Source of the DNA: Takakia lepidozioides
Lineage: Eukaryota > Plantae > Bryophyta
Direction of reading: 5' to 3'
Length of the DNA: 64,000 bases
NCBI GenBank assembly: GCA_030704615.1
Contig: CM060734.1
Location: forward strand, 47,554,001-47,618,000
Part shown: positions 36,835-48,940 of the stretch, one piece after another
Layout of the letters: every line of letters begins with the position of its first letter
Numbering within the stretch: the first letter of the stretch is position 1
Translations under genes and position numbers: made by a program
Notes under the pieces: model-generated
The model's database searches: none
Told to the model about the DNA's origin: nothing
What the model saw: the letters and a program-made list of their open reading frames with translations, nothing else

Positions 36835-38790
36835 TCAAAGATAATCTAGCGGAGCCTACGCGAGGTGTCCCGCTGCAGAAGAGTGATGACTTCTCCGTAG
36901 CCTAGTGTGGCTTGGTGAATGAATTGGTCTATCTTACCGTCTTAGCACATAATTATAAGGTATATGTAATATTGATGCTTGCAGGGGACCCACTTCCCTC
37001 TCATGCCGAGAGCGCCCTCACGCATCGTTACAAAATCCGGACAAGTGCACGTAGGGAAATTCCCCACAACAACCTGATATTCTTTGCCATGAAGAACTGA
37101 GCCAGGAGACAACACTGTGTAAATCCGTCCATACCCCGGGGCCGGGACTTTGGTGATATGAGTCACCCGAGCCTGCAGCCGATTCCATCTTGCAGTCGTG
37201 ATTTGCACCCGAAGCGACACGACGCACTGTTTTTCCATCTCTTTTTGTTCGGTGGGAGTCGGCACCGGGTGGAGGCATTGCCGGAGCATGTGGCACATTA
37301 GTGCCCAGAGTGCATGAGGGCACCACCCGGGACCGTGCAAGACGGAACCCTCCCTCCTCCAACATGCTTATCTCGGCTGATGACAGCGACGTCCCAAGTT
37401 TCACAGGCCAAATTGCGGGCGGAGGGGGCTTCATTATCACCGAAGGACGAACTGTTCCCTTGACGCATCGTGCCATATCATCTGGGCAGAACTAGAACTT
37501 CCACTCCTTTGACTCCCCACTGTGATAAGGTCGGAACAACCCTGTAAATGTTGGAGCTGGAGTCCCCCTGGAGCCTTTGCATATTTTTGATTTGCATTTC
37601 TTGAAAGAGGGGGTCCGAATTGCCATGCAAGCCACTCTAGATCCTGGTGGGGTGCGTTCTATATGCCACTCACTGTCAATGCAATCAGATTCATGTCCTC
37701 CGACTGCATATCACAAATTACTATGGATAGCACACGTTGGTACACTGGATCGTACACATGGCACGCCATGGTTGTCCAACAATTCACCCGTTTGCAGTGA
37801 TCAAATATTACCCAACATTTCGCCAAATCTCCTCCAGGTTGCATTTGACGGACAATGCTCACACCACTGCCTTCGCCCACTGTGGACATCTTGAACAAAT
37901 ACACCTTGGACGAGCCCTGGCCAGGGAAGATACGGTTTTGATGAATTCATATCGACTCCTCCGTTTGAGGTCCATAATGTTGTCCATGAATCTTGTACTG
38001 CCTGTGCCCATTCTGAGTGCATTCACCTGGTTTCGAATATTGGGAGAGCTCAACACGGAGAAATGGTCCATCACTGCATCAAGCGAATCTGCATCCAACA
38101 TTGGTTGTGTCGCCATCAAACTCTGCTGGCACATGTAGAACCCGCTGCACCCGAAGGGACTCCTAATCAACAAAACGCAGCTCGCTCTTGCGCCCAGGCA
38201 CCCTTGCGAGGGCTTTCAATTTCGGAATGACACTCGTTATCTCTTGCAATTTGTCATCATCCAACAATGGAGTCTGGATTGGCGGAGGAATCTCAGAAAC
38301 ATCCTCCGAAGACGAGCCTGAAAGAGTCACGAATGTAGTGGATGTGCTCACCTCCTGTTTCACATGCACTGTGCCCTTCTGCTGCACGACCGATGCTGCA
38401 GTGCCAGGGGTAACTATTGATCCTGCTGATTGTCTTCTCTCTTTTCCAAGGACCCTATATCTGCCTAGGAGGACTTTCCACTTCCTCCCACACTCGTCGA
38501 CCAATGGTTTCTGCAAGTGCCCAGAATCCAAATTCCCATCCTCGTCATACACCTCTTTTTGAACAAGCAGAGAACCCAATTCCAGTGGGAACACTTTAAC
38601 CAGCTCATCCTCATGAACAACTGCAAACCCATCCTCATCTGCAGTAGCAGTCAGTGGAAGAGTTCTTGCATTGGAATGAAATCGAGCGAGTCTGTCTCCC
38701 TCCTTGGACATGTTTTCCTAGACTGAACGAAAGTTGTGATCCACAAAGGGCCCCCCGAAGTGATAGCCCGTAATTTTCGAGAGGGGATCC
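36835..38790 (-). pseudogene. MULE-like transposase remnant (partial catalytic region plus SWIM finger)
   Basis: YLFKMS...WVIFDHCKRVNCWTTMACHVYDPVYQRVLSIVICDMQSED (37659-37904) resembles the N-terminal half of a MULE-type DDE core. SWIM motif CTCPDF...CKHQYY. Frameshifts and deletions. Confidence 0.65.
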
Positions 38791-39707
38791 ACCTCAAATG
38801 AACTGAGGTGCATAAGGGTAGCACAGTCCCAATGACTGCAGGCGATGTATGCAACGGATTTTGGGGTTTACAAATTTGTGTAAGGATGACATGCATGGCG
38901 GAAGTCTGCACCCAACTCCGCAGTCAGCCACACTGAGAGACACCAACTGGAAAAACTGACTTCAATGACAAGAAGCCACAAGAAGCCGTATTGTGTTTGA
39001 ATGAAAAGCAAACCCTGCACAAAATCTGAAGCCATCCATTATGGGAAGACGACGACAGCTCCACGAGTCCAATTAACAGGAAATCCTGAATCAAATTTGT
39101 TGCACTATGCCAGAAGAGCACAGCACAAACACTGACACTCAGGAGGACACTCCGCACGAAGGTGCGCAACACATTACGATCGCCGACACCAAGCTTTATA
39201 CGAAATCATTGTATTGCGCCGACATCGGCGAAATGTAAATCGCAGGATATGCAGTACAACATACGTGGATGCATATGTGAAGCATCACAATTATTGCCAA
39301 TGTGCAAGTCTTGTTCAAAATTTGACTTGCAACAGTTTTTTACGACACTTCTCAATTTCCATGAATGCAAAAAGCCATTCGTATACTGGCAGCCGGCGAA
39401 GTACATCTGACACATGCCACAACTTGACGGAACGGCAATTGAAGTGCCACCACTTAGTTTTTTGGGTGATTGAGAGGCGGAGAAATGGATGAATTCCGTT
39501 CGCACATAATGATGACATCCGCATCCAAATACGGGTAACAATGTCCAAATTGTATTTTCGATACATGCCAAAGCAACTGTTGTTGCAAACGTCAAACTGG
39601 AGAGCTCTAGAGGCAGTGTGGGGAGCGTTTGTTTCCACGGGAGGAAGAAGAGAAGGAAGTTGTTGTACTTTACCAGCACTAGGGACAGGAAGAGAGCCAG
39701 AGATAGA

Positions 39708-42700
39708 ATGAGATTGGAAAGAGTAGACGAAGAGGGAAAAGAGGAAGAAGAGGGCAATGAGGAAAGATTGGCGATGCAAGAGCAGGATTTTGAAGAGGAA
39801 CAACAGCCCCCCATCCTGCCGAGAACGGGTGAGGAGGAGATTGCATCCGAGGGAGAGACGGATGCCGAAGAGGATATTGATGCCAGCCTCATGAAGAAAC
39901 AGATTGTGGAAAAGAGGATGGAGGAGATGCTCCACAACATGCTCGGCGTAGACAACAGTCCCAAGCGCAAAGGGTCTCCTGAGATTGGAGAGACATCCAA
40001 CGCAACACAGAGAAAGGTACAAGTGTTGTTCACTATGACCTTTTATTTTGCTTCATGTTATGTTGGCACAGTGTGCGGTGCCGCACACTTTGTACGCTCC
40101 TTGTATATGCAGAGGATTGTGGATGTAGGAGAGAGTGTGCGGTGCCGCACACTGTCTGTGCCCCCCTGAAACAATCGTATTCGTTTGAAATTAGGCCCCC
40201 AGCTCCTCTGCTTTAGTCCAGTCACCTCTCTTTATCCCCCTTGAGTCATATAGAAATGCACGATGGAAACAGGGCTTCAACCATATCGAAATGCAAGCTT
40301 TGAACAGTGTGTGGCACCGCACACTGTGTGAGCCCATCATGAATGTTCTTCTTTCCTTTCAAATGTAGGCACTTAGTACTCTCTTCCAGTCTGAACACTG
40401 AAATGTTTGCGTGGAACAGTGTGCGGCACCGCACACTGTTTGTGCCACATTTTTCTTTCGCCTCTTTCGTTTCTTTCGTACCCCTTCTGCATTTAGTTTA
40501 AGGCCCGCATCAAACCAAAATAGAACCACAAACAATCATTTTATGTTCGATTTGCAACCCCCAGGTCCTCTTTTGGAGTTCACTCACCTCTATGTGTCTC
40601 CCTTGAATCATATTGAAATGCATGTTCCAAACAGTGTGCGGCACCGCACACTGTTTGAGCCACTCTTCAATGTAAATTTTTTGTTTGAAATGTGAGCACT
40701 CAACACATTCTTGCATGCGTAACTAACACTTGAATGGCAGCACGACATAGTGTGCGGCACCGCACACTATTAGTGCCCCCACAACGCTCTCTTTTGGTTG
40801 AACATGTGTCTCTTATGGTGTGTAAAGTAGGCTAGAATCAGGGGGAAATGCCAGCAGGAAACACTGTGTGGTGCCGCACACTGTTAGTGCTCCCCTGAAA
40901 CGATCTTTTTTGGTTGAAAATGCATCCCATTCTGCTAAGTGAAGATGTCTAGAATCAGGGCAAAATGGCATCACAAAACAGTGTGCGGCAGCACACACTG
41001 TTTGGGCTCCCCTGGAACGATCTCTTTTGGTTGAAAATCTATCCCTTCTGGTCCGTTCTGGGAGTATTCGATTCTCCTTGGGTGTTCACCATGTGACATC
41101 CTACTGTTGTGGTATGTTTGGCTACAATGAGGGCAAAATGGCAGCAGGAAACAGTGTGCGGCACCGCACATTGTTTGTGCCCCCCCAGGAACGATCTCTT
41201 TTGGTTGAAAATGTGTCCATTATGGTGTGAAAAGCAGGCTAGAATCAAGGCAAAATGGCAGCAGAAAACAGTGTGCGGCACCGCACACTCTTTGTGCCCA
41301 CCAGGAACGATCTTTTTTGGTTGAAAATGTGTCCCTTATGATATGTGAAGATGTCTAGAATCCGGGGTGTATGGCATCACGAAACAGTGTGCGGCACCGC
41401 ACACTGTTCAAAAACCCCTGAATCGATCTCTTTTGGTTTAAAATATATCCGTTCTGGTGTGTGAAGCAGGCTACAATCTGAGCAAAATGGCAAGAGGAAA
41501 CAGTGTGCGGCACCGCACACTGTTTGTGCCCCCCCAGGAACGATCTCTTTTGGTTGAAAAGGTGTCCCTTGTGCTATGTGAAGATGTCTAGAATCCGGGC
41601 AGAATGGCATCACAAAACAGTGTGCGGCACCGCACACTATTCGAGATCCCCTGGAACGATTTCTTGTGGTTGAAAATTTACCCCTTCTAGGGTATGAGGC
41701 AGGCTACAATCAGAGCAAAATGGCTGCACGAAACAGTGTGCAGTGCCGCACATTGTTTGTGCTCCCCTGGAACAATATCTTTTGGGTTGAAAATGTGTCT
41801 CTTCTGCTATGTGAGGATGTCTAGAATTGGGGCAAAATGGCATCACGAAATAGTGTGCGGCACCGCACACTGTTTGAGATCCCCTGAAACAATCTCTTTT
41901 GTTTGAAAATGTATCCCTTCTGGTGTGTGAAGCAGGCTACAATTTGAGCAAAATGGCAGCACAAAACTGAGTGCGGCACCGCACACTGTTTTTGCCCCCC
42001 TGGAAGTCTCTCTTTTGGTTGGAATTGTGAATCTCATGTGTTTTTTGCAGGCTTGAAATGACAGCTTCAAACAGTGTGCGGCACCGCACACTGTTTCAGC
42101 CCCTTTGTATTTTAGTCACCCAACTCTGTCTGTCAGGCTTCAAATCAATCTAAAAGCAATCAAGAGTCACTTTGGGGTTCGGTTTTGAAACCCCAGTCAA
42201 GTGTTTTTTTTTTGTTTGAAGGTGAAATGGCAGCACGAAACAATGTTCGGTGCCGCACACTCTTTGTGCCCCTGTACTGTGATATGTTTTGATGTAATAG
42301 GAAGCCATATTGAGACTTTGTGAAACTTTGAAGCACATTTGAAACTTTGTGAAAACACAAAAAAAGGTTTGAGTTCGAAGCTCTGTACAGTGTTCGGCAC
42401 CGCACATTGTTTCTGGCACCTCTCTTATGTCCATTTGAATGTGCATCCCTGCAGGAGAAGATGCAAAGAGTAGAGGATGAGAACCCTTCAGTGCAGCAAA
42501 AGAAGAACATTGGTGATGTGGACGTCGAGTTCTAGCCGCGGAGATGCTGGGGGGTCAGAAGGTTAATTCGCAGCTTGTGGTACAAAGTATGCTTGCCCCG
42601 GGTGGGAGTTTGAAGATTCCCATGTGTAGGTTGGTTTCCATGCCCTTCATTTGTCCACCCCTCATCAAGGACATCCAGAAGCTGGAGGCCGAGTTTGTTC

Positions 42701-45700
42701 ATGGGTATTTGGATGGATCCGCAGTTTTTTACGTTTCTACTAGGGATTCCAGCGGCAATGAGCTCCTTGTGGATGAGTCAATCGTGAACTCTTGGGATCC
42801 CATTTGGAGACATGTGAACGAATCCTTCGAACTTCTTATATCCAGGAAACCTTCGACGCAAGCATTCTCAGGGAAGATGTTTCACGTATGGGATGGCAAC
42901 CACCGGTTGCTTGCATGGATGGCTGTCATTGGGAGGCTGCACTCACAGGAGGAAGAGTGGCATTATTGTGTTCGAACGATGGTGCTAGATTGTTATGGGA
43001 ACATGATGGGGCTTCTGACGACAATGAATGATGTGAACAAGTTTGTTTCTCATTCTACATGTTCCGGTTGTGGTTCTGTGGTTCTTCGCTCCCAATCCTT
43101 TGTTGTCGGTTGTTGAATTTCATTCTGACTTTCACACATCAATCTGTAGAGGGACGGAGACATCGCATGTGAAAACAAGTCTGGTTCACACTCTGTATAG
43201 GATATAGAGGATCGGCCAGATGCCCTTGAACAACTTCAAGACCATCCTTAAAGCAGAGACATACAAGAAGTGCGAGAGCTCCAAGACATCAGAAACATGA
43301 TACTCGTTGACTCGCGAGGCTTTCATGGAGTATATGTATGCGGTGAGATACATCTTCCATCATCTGGCCTTTGGGTATTCCTGCTTTATGATCTTTGTTT
43401 CTGTTTGTTTCCCTAGCCCTTGTGTTAATGCACATGTCGTGCATTCTCTTGTAGCAAGACATTGCGGATGCAGGACAGCGTGGCAAACTGGAGTACTACA
43501 GCTCTACCCCTGAAGAGAGAAGGACAGCAAAAGGGGTCGAGAGTCACATCAAGCAAGAGATGACCGCCACAAGAAAAAATATTATGAGTGCTTTTGTGAA
43601 GCAGTTGAGAATTGCCGACCCATCCTTTGGACCACAGTTCCTTCAAGAGCTGAAAAACCATTTCAACAAACCAGGACAGCCCGAGATGGCCCAGGAGAAG
43701 TTGCACAGGTTGTAAACCGCCATTGTGTCTTCAGAACAGAAGGATACGGGTCATCAGGATCAACCACCCCTTTCTTCTTTCTCCCGGATCCCCTACCATG
43801 CGGTGGAGTCTCTTTGGTCGGCTGGACATCCGCCGCAGGGCCAGTTTCTGCAACACTCCCCTGCCCACCTACCTGCCCCTGCGCTCCCTTCCCCTTACCC
43901 CTTCCTTTCCCCCCACCAACAACAACATCCTTTCCCTTTCCCTTTCTACCTTTACCCGGGGTATCCTGAGGGGGAGGCTCCTTCTTTGCAAGTGTCCTCA
44001 AATTTCTATCATGAATCTCAAAGTTGGCAGCTGCGGCGGTGGCTGCTACACGCTCATTCTCTCTCCTCAAAGACACCTCCTGCGCTGGGGTCTCAGAAAC
44101 AGGGCAATCCAAATACCAACCACAGCTAGAAAGATGGTCTGGGCCCCAGTCCTGCAAGATCCCTATAGTAAACATGGTCTGGTTCCCAGCAGGAACAAGC
44201 CACAGGTCCACGAAATCAGGATGTTTGTCCAAGTAGTTCTCTGCCATGAGAACATACTTTATGTACCTGCAGGCACAGAGACAGCCTCATTATGCAATGC
44301 AACTATTGTCTCCTACCTTTCTACCACGTCACGAAGACCCCCAAAAAGAGTATGCGGCACTGCACACTGTAACCACCGCACACAAAATAGCCTGAAGGGC
44401 CCAGGGTGTGCACGTTGGTGTTACTACACATGGACAGAACAAAAGAGTGTGCGGCACCACACACTCATATGAGCCCACACAAATCAGGTTGGATAGAGGA
44501 GAGAGTGTCTTTGCAAAACAAAGAAGCATAGGCCATTTCGCACCTGTAAAGGCATCGTTTCCAGGCTTCCTCTCCTTTCTCTTGCTGGACAAGCTCATTT
44601 GTCCGGCTGATCCCACCCTCTTTGTTGAACTCCTTGAAGAAACAAGATTGCCACATTGTGGTTCTCCATTTCCGCATGTATGCTTGGAAGGTGACCTTCG
44701 GTGTTGTCATGGTGATGCCATAGTCAACCAGCTGCGTATGTAGAACAGACTGGGCCCTTTCCTCCAACTGCAAAACAATTCCAATGCAAGAATGAACCAA
44801 AAAACAATTACAGCCAATGGAACATGGAAAGAGAATGATAGAAAAGCGAAAAGAAAGTGACACAGCAAAGGACATCACACCTGGCTCCAGTAAGTGGCCT
44901 TGTGAAGCCATGTGTCCATCATATTGTCACTGACTGGAATGACACGTTGGGTCTTCTTCTCTTTCTCCGGCCTGGGGAACTTGTGGGTGTCCCTAACAGT
45001 GGGATCCGAGTTTTATATTTGCAGCTGGTCATTCACCCTACCAGGTTGGCGATGGCCAATGTCGGGCTCCTTGCCATGATGGAGTCCAAGAAATCTGATT
45101 ACAAGAGCGATCCATCACCAGTGTGGGAGAGGATTGTGGAGTTCCTCGGTACGGTGCGTGTTCTCTTTTGCTTCTTGTGTGTTGTTTGAATGTTGTTTCA
45201 ATCCTCTTGAGCATTCGCTTGCATGCGTGTTTGCAGGCAAAAATGACCAAATCATGGGTGAACGGGAAGGAGAAGCCATATGCAGCCGAACTCATCATCT
45301 TGGACATCCCTGATGGGTTGCCAGTCCCGGATGTCCCTCCAGCGGGTGCTTGTCCAGGTTGGAATGCTTTTGATGAGTGCTATGGCGGTGGGTTTTCTCC
45401 TTTTGCAATTTCTTTCTGTCCGATGCAGGTCTTTTGGTGCTCATCCAGTCCATCGACCTTCGCTGTCACCATGCACTTGCCAGCTATTTGAAAGCCTCAG
45501 GTATGAGGGTCGGGAAGACATGGAATTGTGTGAAACCTGACGAAGGGGGATCGTCAGAGAGAGATGGTAAATCTGCCTTCTTATTCCTCTTCTTGGTGGT
45601 TCTCGGATGGAGTTGCATAAGTCGCTCAAATGAATATGGAGGGGTCTAGTTTTCAAGCTTCTTAGTTTCTTGTGGATGTCATGTTCGCAAACTCGTCTGT

Positions 45701-46669
45701 TTGAATTTGTTTGTCTCGTCCGAATGCATCCACCTACGACTCCAGCCGTCATTAGGGAGTTCGCCATCACTCATGGGGGCAAGTTCATAGACGAGAGGAT
45801 AGATCCTCCCACGGATGACATGCACCACAACTACATGGACAACAACGTGTGCTTGCGAAGGGGGAATAGGGTTCCTTGGAGAGGGACCAGGGAGAGGAGC
45901 CCGGCTTTCATTCAAACGATTGTGGAGTGCTGCACCTACACCGACGCCAGAGTTTTGGATTTGTCAATGGGCACAGGTTCATCTCTTCATCCTTCACATT
46001 TGATCAGGTTTGTTTGAGCTTCTACTTTCCGCACTTCCCACCGTTCCAAAAGAGTCTTCAATGTCTGTTTCCTTCCTTCTATTCCATTGCAGGTGCTTTG
46101 TACCACGCTTGCAAGGCCAGTACGCGACATCTCTTCGGGATTGAAGGGGATGCCGAAATTTACAAGAACCTCCTGATGGGTTTGGGTGGACAAACTTCCA
46201 AGTCCTTCCGAAGCCCCTTCCCGGTGTTATTGATACAGGGGAGACGTCCGACAAGGAGTTGAACTCCGACTTTGCCTGTGAGTAAGTTCAACCTGTGGAT
46301 GCTTGCATTGTTGTTTCAATACCCAGAATCACTGTTTTTAAGGCAAAGTGCACATGGGAGACATCATCTTCGTTGGACTTGTGCATTGCATCATTGTATT
46401 CAAAATGCATTTTTCTCGACTTGTGCAGGAGTCAGTGTGCTTCCACTGACCCTCCAGGACTATCACACCTTTTTGGACTTCTTTCAAGTCCTCCTCAGTC
46501 TTATATGTTGCCCGTCTATGCGGAGGCACTCGCAGCAAGCATGTCCGTTCATGGCACTCGCAGTCCAGCCATCGACGGCCGTGGTAGAAGACGTGGTGTT
46601 GGGGCCGGAATCTTTGTGGATGACATAGCACATGAGGTCGATTGTGATTCTGATGACTGTGACACTTGA
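39708..46669 (+). pseudogene. Multi-exon gene: acidic exon 1 (39708-40016), ParB/Srx-like domain (about 42544-43040), helical and Gly-Lys linker (partly inverted), beta-class amino-DNA-methyltransferase domain (about 45238-46281) and acidic tail (46429-46669)
   Basis: FHVWDGNHRLLAWM; ELIILDIPDG; WRGTRERSPAFIQTIVECCT; spliced RVLDLSMGTGALYHACKASTRHLFGIEGDAEIY. GT-AG introns. Several stops and frameshifts, plus the inversion at 43724-45022. Confidence 0.7.
40068..42412. repeat. Array of ~19 palindromic cores AAACAGTGTGCGG-CA-CCGCACACTGTTT, mostly 116-117 bp apart, in intron 1 of the ParB-MTase gene
   Basis: Core centres at 40079, 40143, 40315, 40427, 40642, 40758, 40872, 40989, 41162, 41279, 41395, 41511, 41628, 41744, 41861, 41977, 42082, 42251, 42398. 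Dimeric ~233-bp higher-order repeat. Confidence 0.95.
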
Positions 46670-47499
46670 TATCAAGTTTTCTTTTACTTTTACTCGGGGC
46701 CAATTTTGAAATGGGATGGTTGTGTGTCCTTGTTGTCCTAGGGGGTTGCATGGACTACCCGGATTGTTACTTCAATCTCTTTAGTGTTTTCCGGAGCTCA
46801 CAGGCTTTTGTGCATTGCAAAAACAAACAAACGTTATGGGTTTGGGCAGTGCATTCTCGCATCATTTGCTCGTTCGTCTCCAAACCATTCATGCCAGAAC
46901 AATGCTTGGTAATTCCATCACGTTAAAGTCCACGTGATCAAAGATCGTTCAGGCTTCTTCTGGTGAGCATCCATGATGCTCCCGCACATACCATACATGT
47001 TCGCAAGGGTGGTGAGTAAGAAAAACATTTCGCAGGGATCTGCTTTGGATGATGGGAGTGTGCACCTGCTTTCCGGGCCTTTTATCTTGATGCACTAAAG
47101 CAAAATACAAACATACATATGTGGATATGCTGCAATGCCTCCTTGGCTCAAAATCAGAAGAGCCTCTTCCAGTTTGTCTGCCTCACGAAGCATCTCCACA
47201 TGTCAAGAATGGGTGCCGACAAGTTGTGCTCACGACATAGGCACATTCCCATGCAAGGGCTTGGTATGTTAATAACGTCTAAATGAATGCAATGGATAGA
47301 AAGGATGGATGCAATGGATGCAACACATCCAGTCTACATTGCCTGGAAAGGGTTGATCAACCGCGGTAATAGGTGCCACCCGCGGTAATAGGCCCTACAT
47401 GTTTGCTCCGGCATGCTGATGTGGCGTGAGCCTATGCTAGGCTCACGGGCTCCTGGGCTCACAGGCTCACGCCTCCAGGCTCACAGAATAGCACCCCCC

Positions 47500-48940
47500 G
47501 TTGATAGGCACCTCATGCCCAAGGTTTCTTCTTTTCTTTTCTTTTTTTTGAAAAAAGGGGAATTGAGGCCCTTAGAATTGGCTTAAGAGGTTATTAAGAG
47601 GACCATACGACGAATCAATCCAGATCTCCAAAAATGGGAAGGAAAAACACTAATCAAGAAGAATTATGTACATCTGGATGAGTGAAAGCCTGCAGGAGCT
47701 CTCGGATAATTGTAAATCATCTATCAAGCAAGCAAACTCATCTGTGTAAATCTATTTCTTATGAAAGAAGATCTTTAAATTCTAAATGAAATTGTGAGGC
47801 AGAGCCTGCTTGAGGTCCTTGAAGTGGTGAATGACCGCACATTGGTCTGGAAGAGAAAATCGGAGGTCAAGAAAGAGTCCAATGGCCCGTGCAGAGATGG
47901 CCATGGCAGACTCAAGCGCCTCGACATTGTCAAAATGCGCTGGTGAATTTCTCAAATTAATACGGTGACGATAGAGGTTCCGGTAATCTTGTAGAGTTAT
48001 GCCCATGGCCTTGGAACCTACCTGAATGGTAAGTTCAAAAGTTAATAATATGACTTGACTGAAAACACCAGTAAACACTTATATCCTTCACTTATGTCAT
48101 CGAAAGTAACTGATACAAGATCAATGTGACATAATAATGCCTTAATGCTTATTAGATACTTACCACCACGAGCAAAAGCAAATCGTCTCAGAAGAATTGT
48201 TTCCCATCGCCATCCTCCTCTCCTCTCATATTGAGACTCCACTTCAAGACTTCCGCTGCACACACAACGAGGTCGTTCTTCCGTGCGAGGTCTTTAAATT
48301 CCTTGAGGTCTGCCTTCACCTCCATAACCATGGCATACAACTCCTTCTTCGTTGGAGACCGCGGAGATCCCAATGGAGGCATCAATGGGGGAACCCCTCG
48401 AGATGAAGCTCTGCCAATAATCACATATCTTTAGCTCCACATAAAAGCATACAACAAACAATTCAACACTATATAGACACATACAAGCATTAATACCATC
48501 TACAAAGCAACAACCAAATATAAGAAGACTCATAACTGAAATATGCTTATGCATGGAAGAGCTCTCTGCCATAGCCTCCCCAACAAGAGGAGGAAGAGCC
48601 AAGGGTCCAGACAAAACTGCTTCTGCGTCTGCCAAAGGCTCTGCCTGAAGCTCACCTCAAGTTCCTCTAGTTTCTGAGGGTTCTTCCGTCTCCTTGACAT
48701 GGTTAAACCCTTGCTAAAAGCAAAGTAGTCATATAACTATAGCAAGATTGCCAAATTTGCATACCATCCCGTTATAAATTTTTCTAAATCAGAAATAACA
48801 AAAACAGATAATTTTGCCAATTCATCCCTCTAACCAAGTGGCAACATTTGGGGAACACACCAAATTTGTGATTGAAGTCCAACTAAATGTTGTAGAGGAA
48901 AATGCCTAAGTCCTCAAAAGTTGGTCAACGTTGTGTATAT
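47500..48940 (-). repeat. Right arm (outer part) of the long inverted duplication
   Basis: Reverse complement of 31806-33266. Confidence 0.93.

Larger units (their letters stand above)
36444..47499. mobile_element. ~11-kb Mutator-like DNA transposon with ParB-MTase cargo gene and palindrome array, copy B (both ends present)
   Basis: Direct repeat GTTGATAGG at 36435-36443 and 47500-47508. Degenerate TIRs (CAGCGTAGCTACAATGTGAGCC versus reverse-complemented GGGGGGTGCTATTCTGTGAGCC) with clustered subterminal GTGAGC/GCTCAC motifs. Interrupts an inverted-repeat arm whose partner lacks it. Confidence 0.85.

Noticed and set aside
39206-40033. 275-aa Cys-rich minus-strand ORF as a third element gene
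   Set aside because: Its first half is the antisense of the acidic exon and the rest has no recognisable motif spacing. It cannot be supported without homologues.
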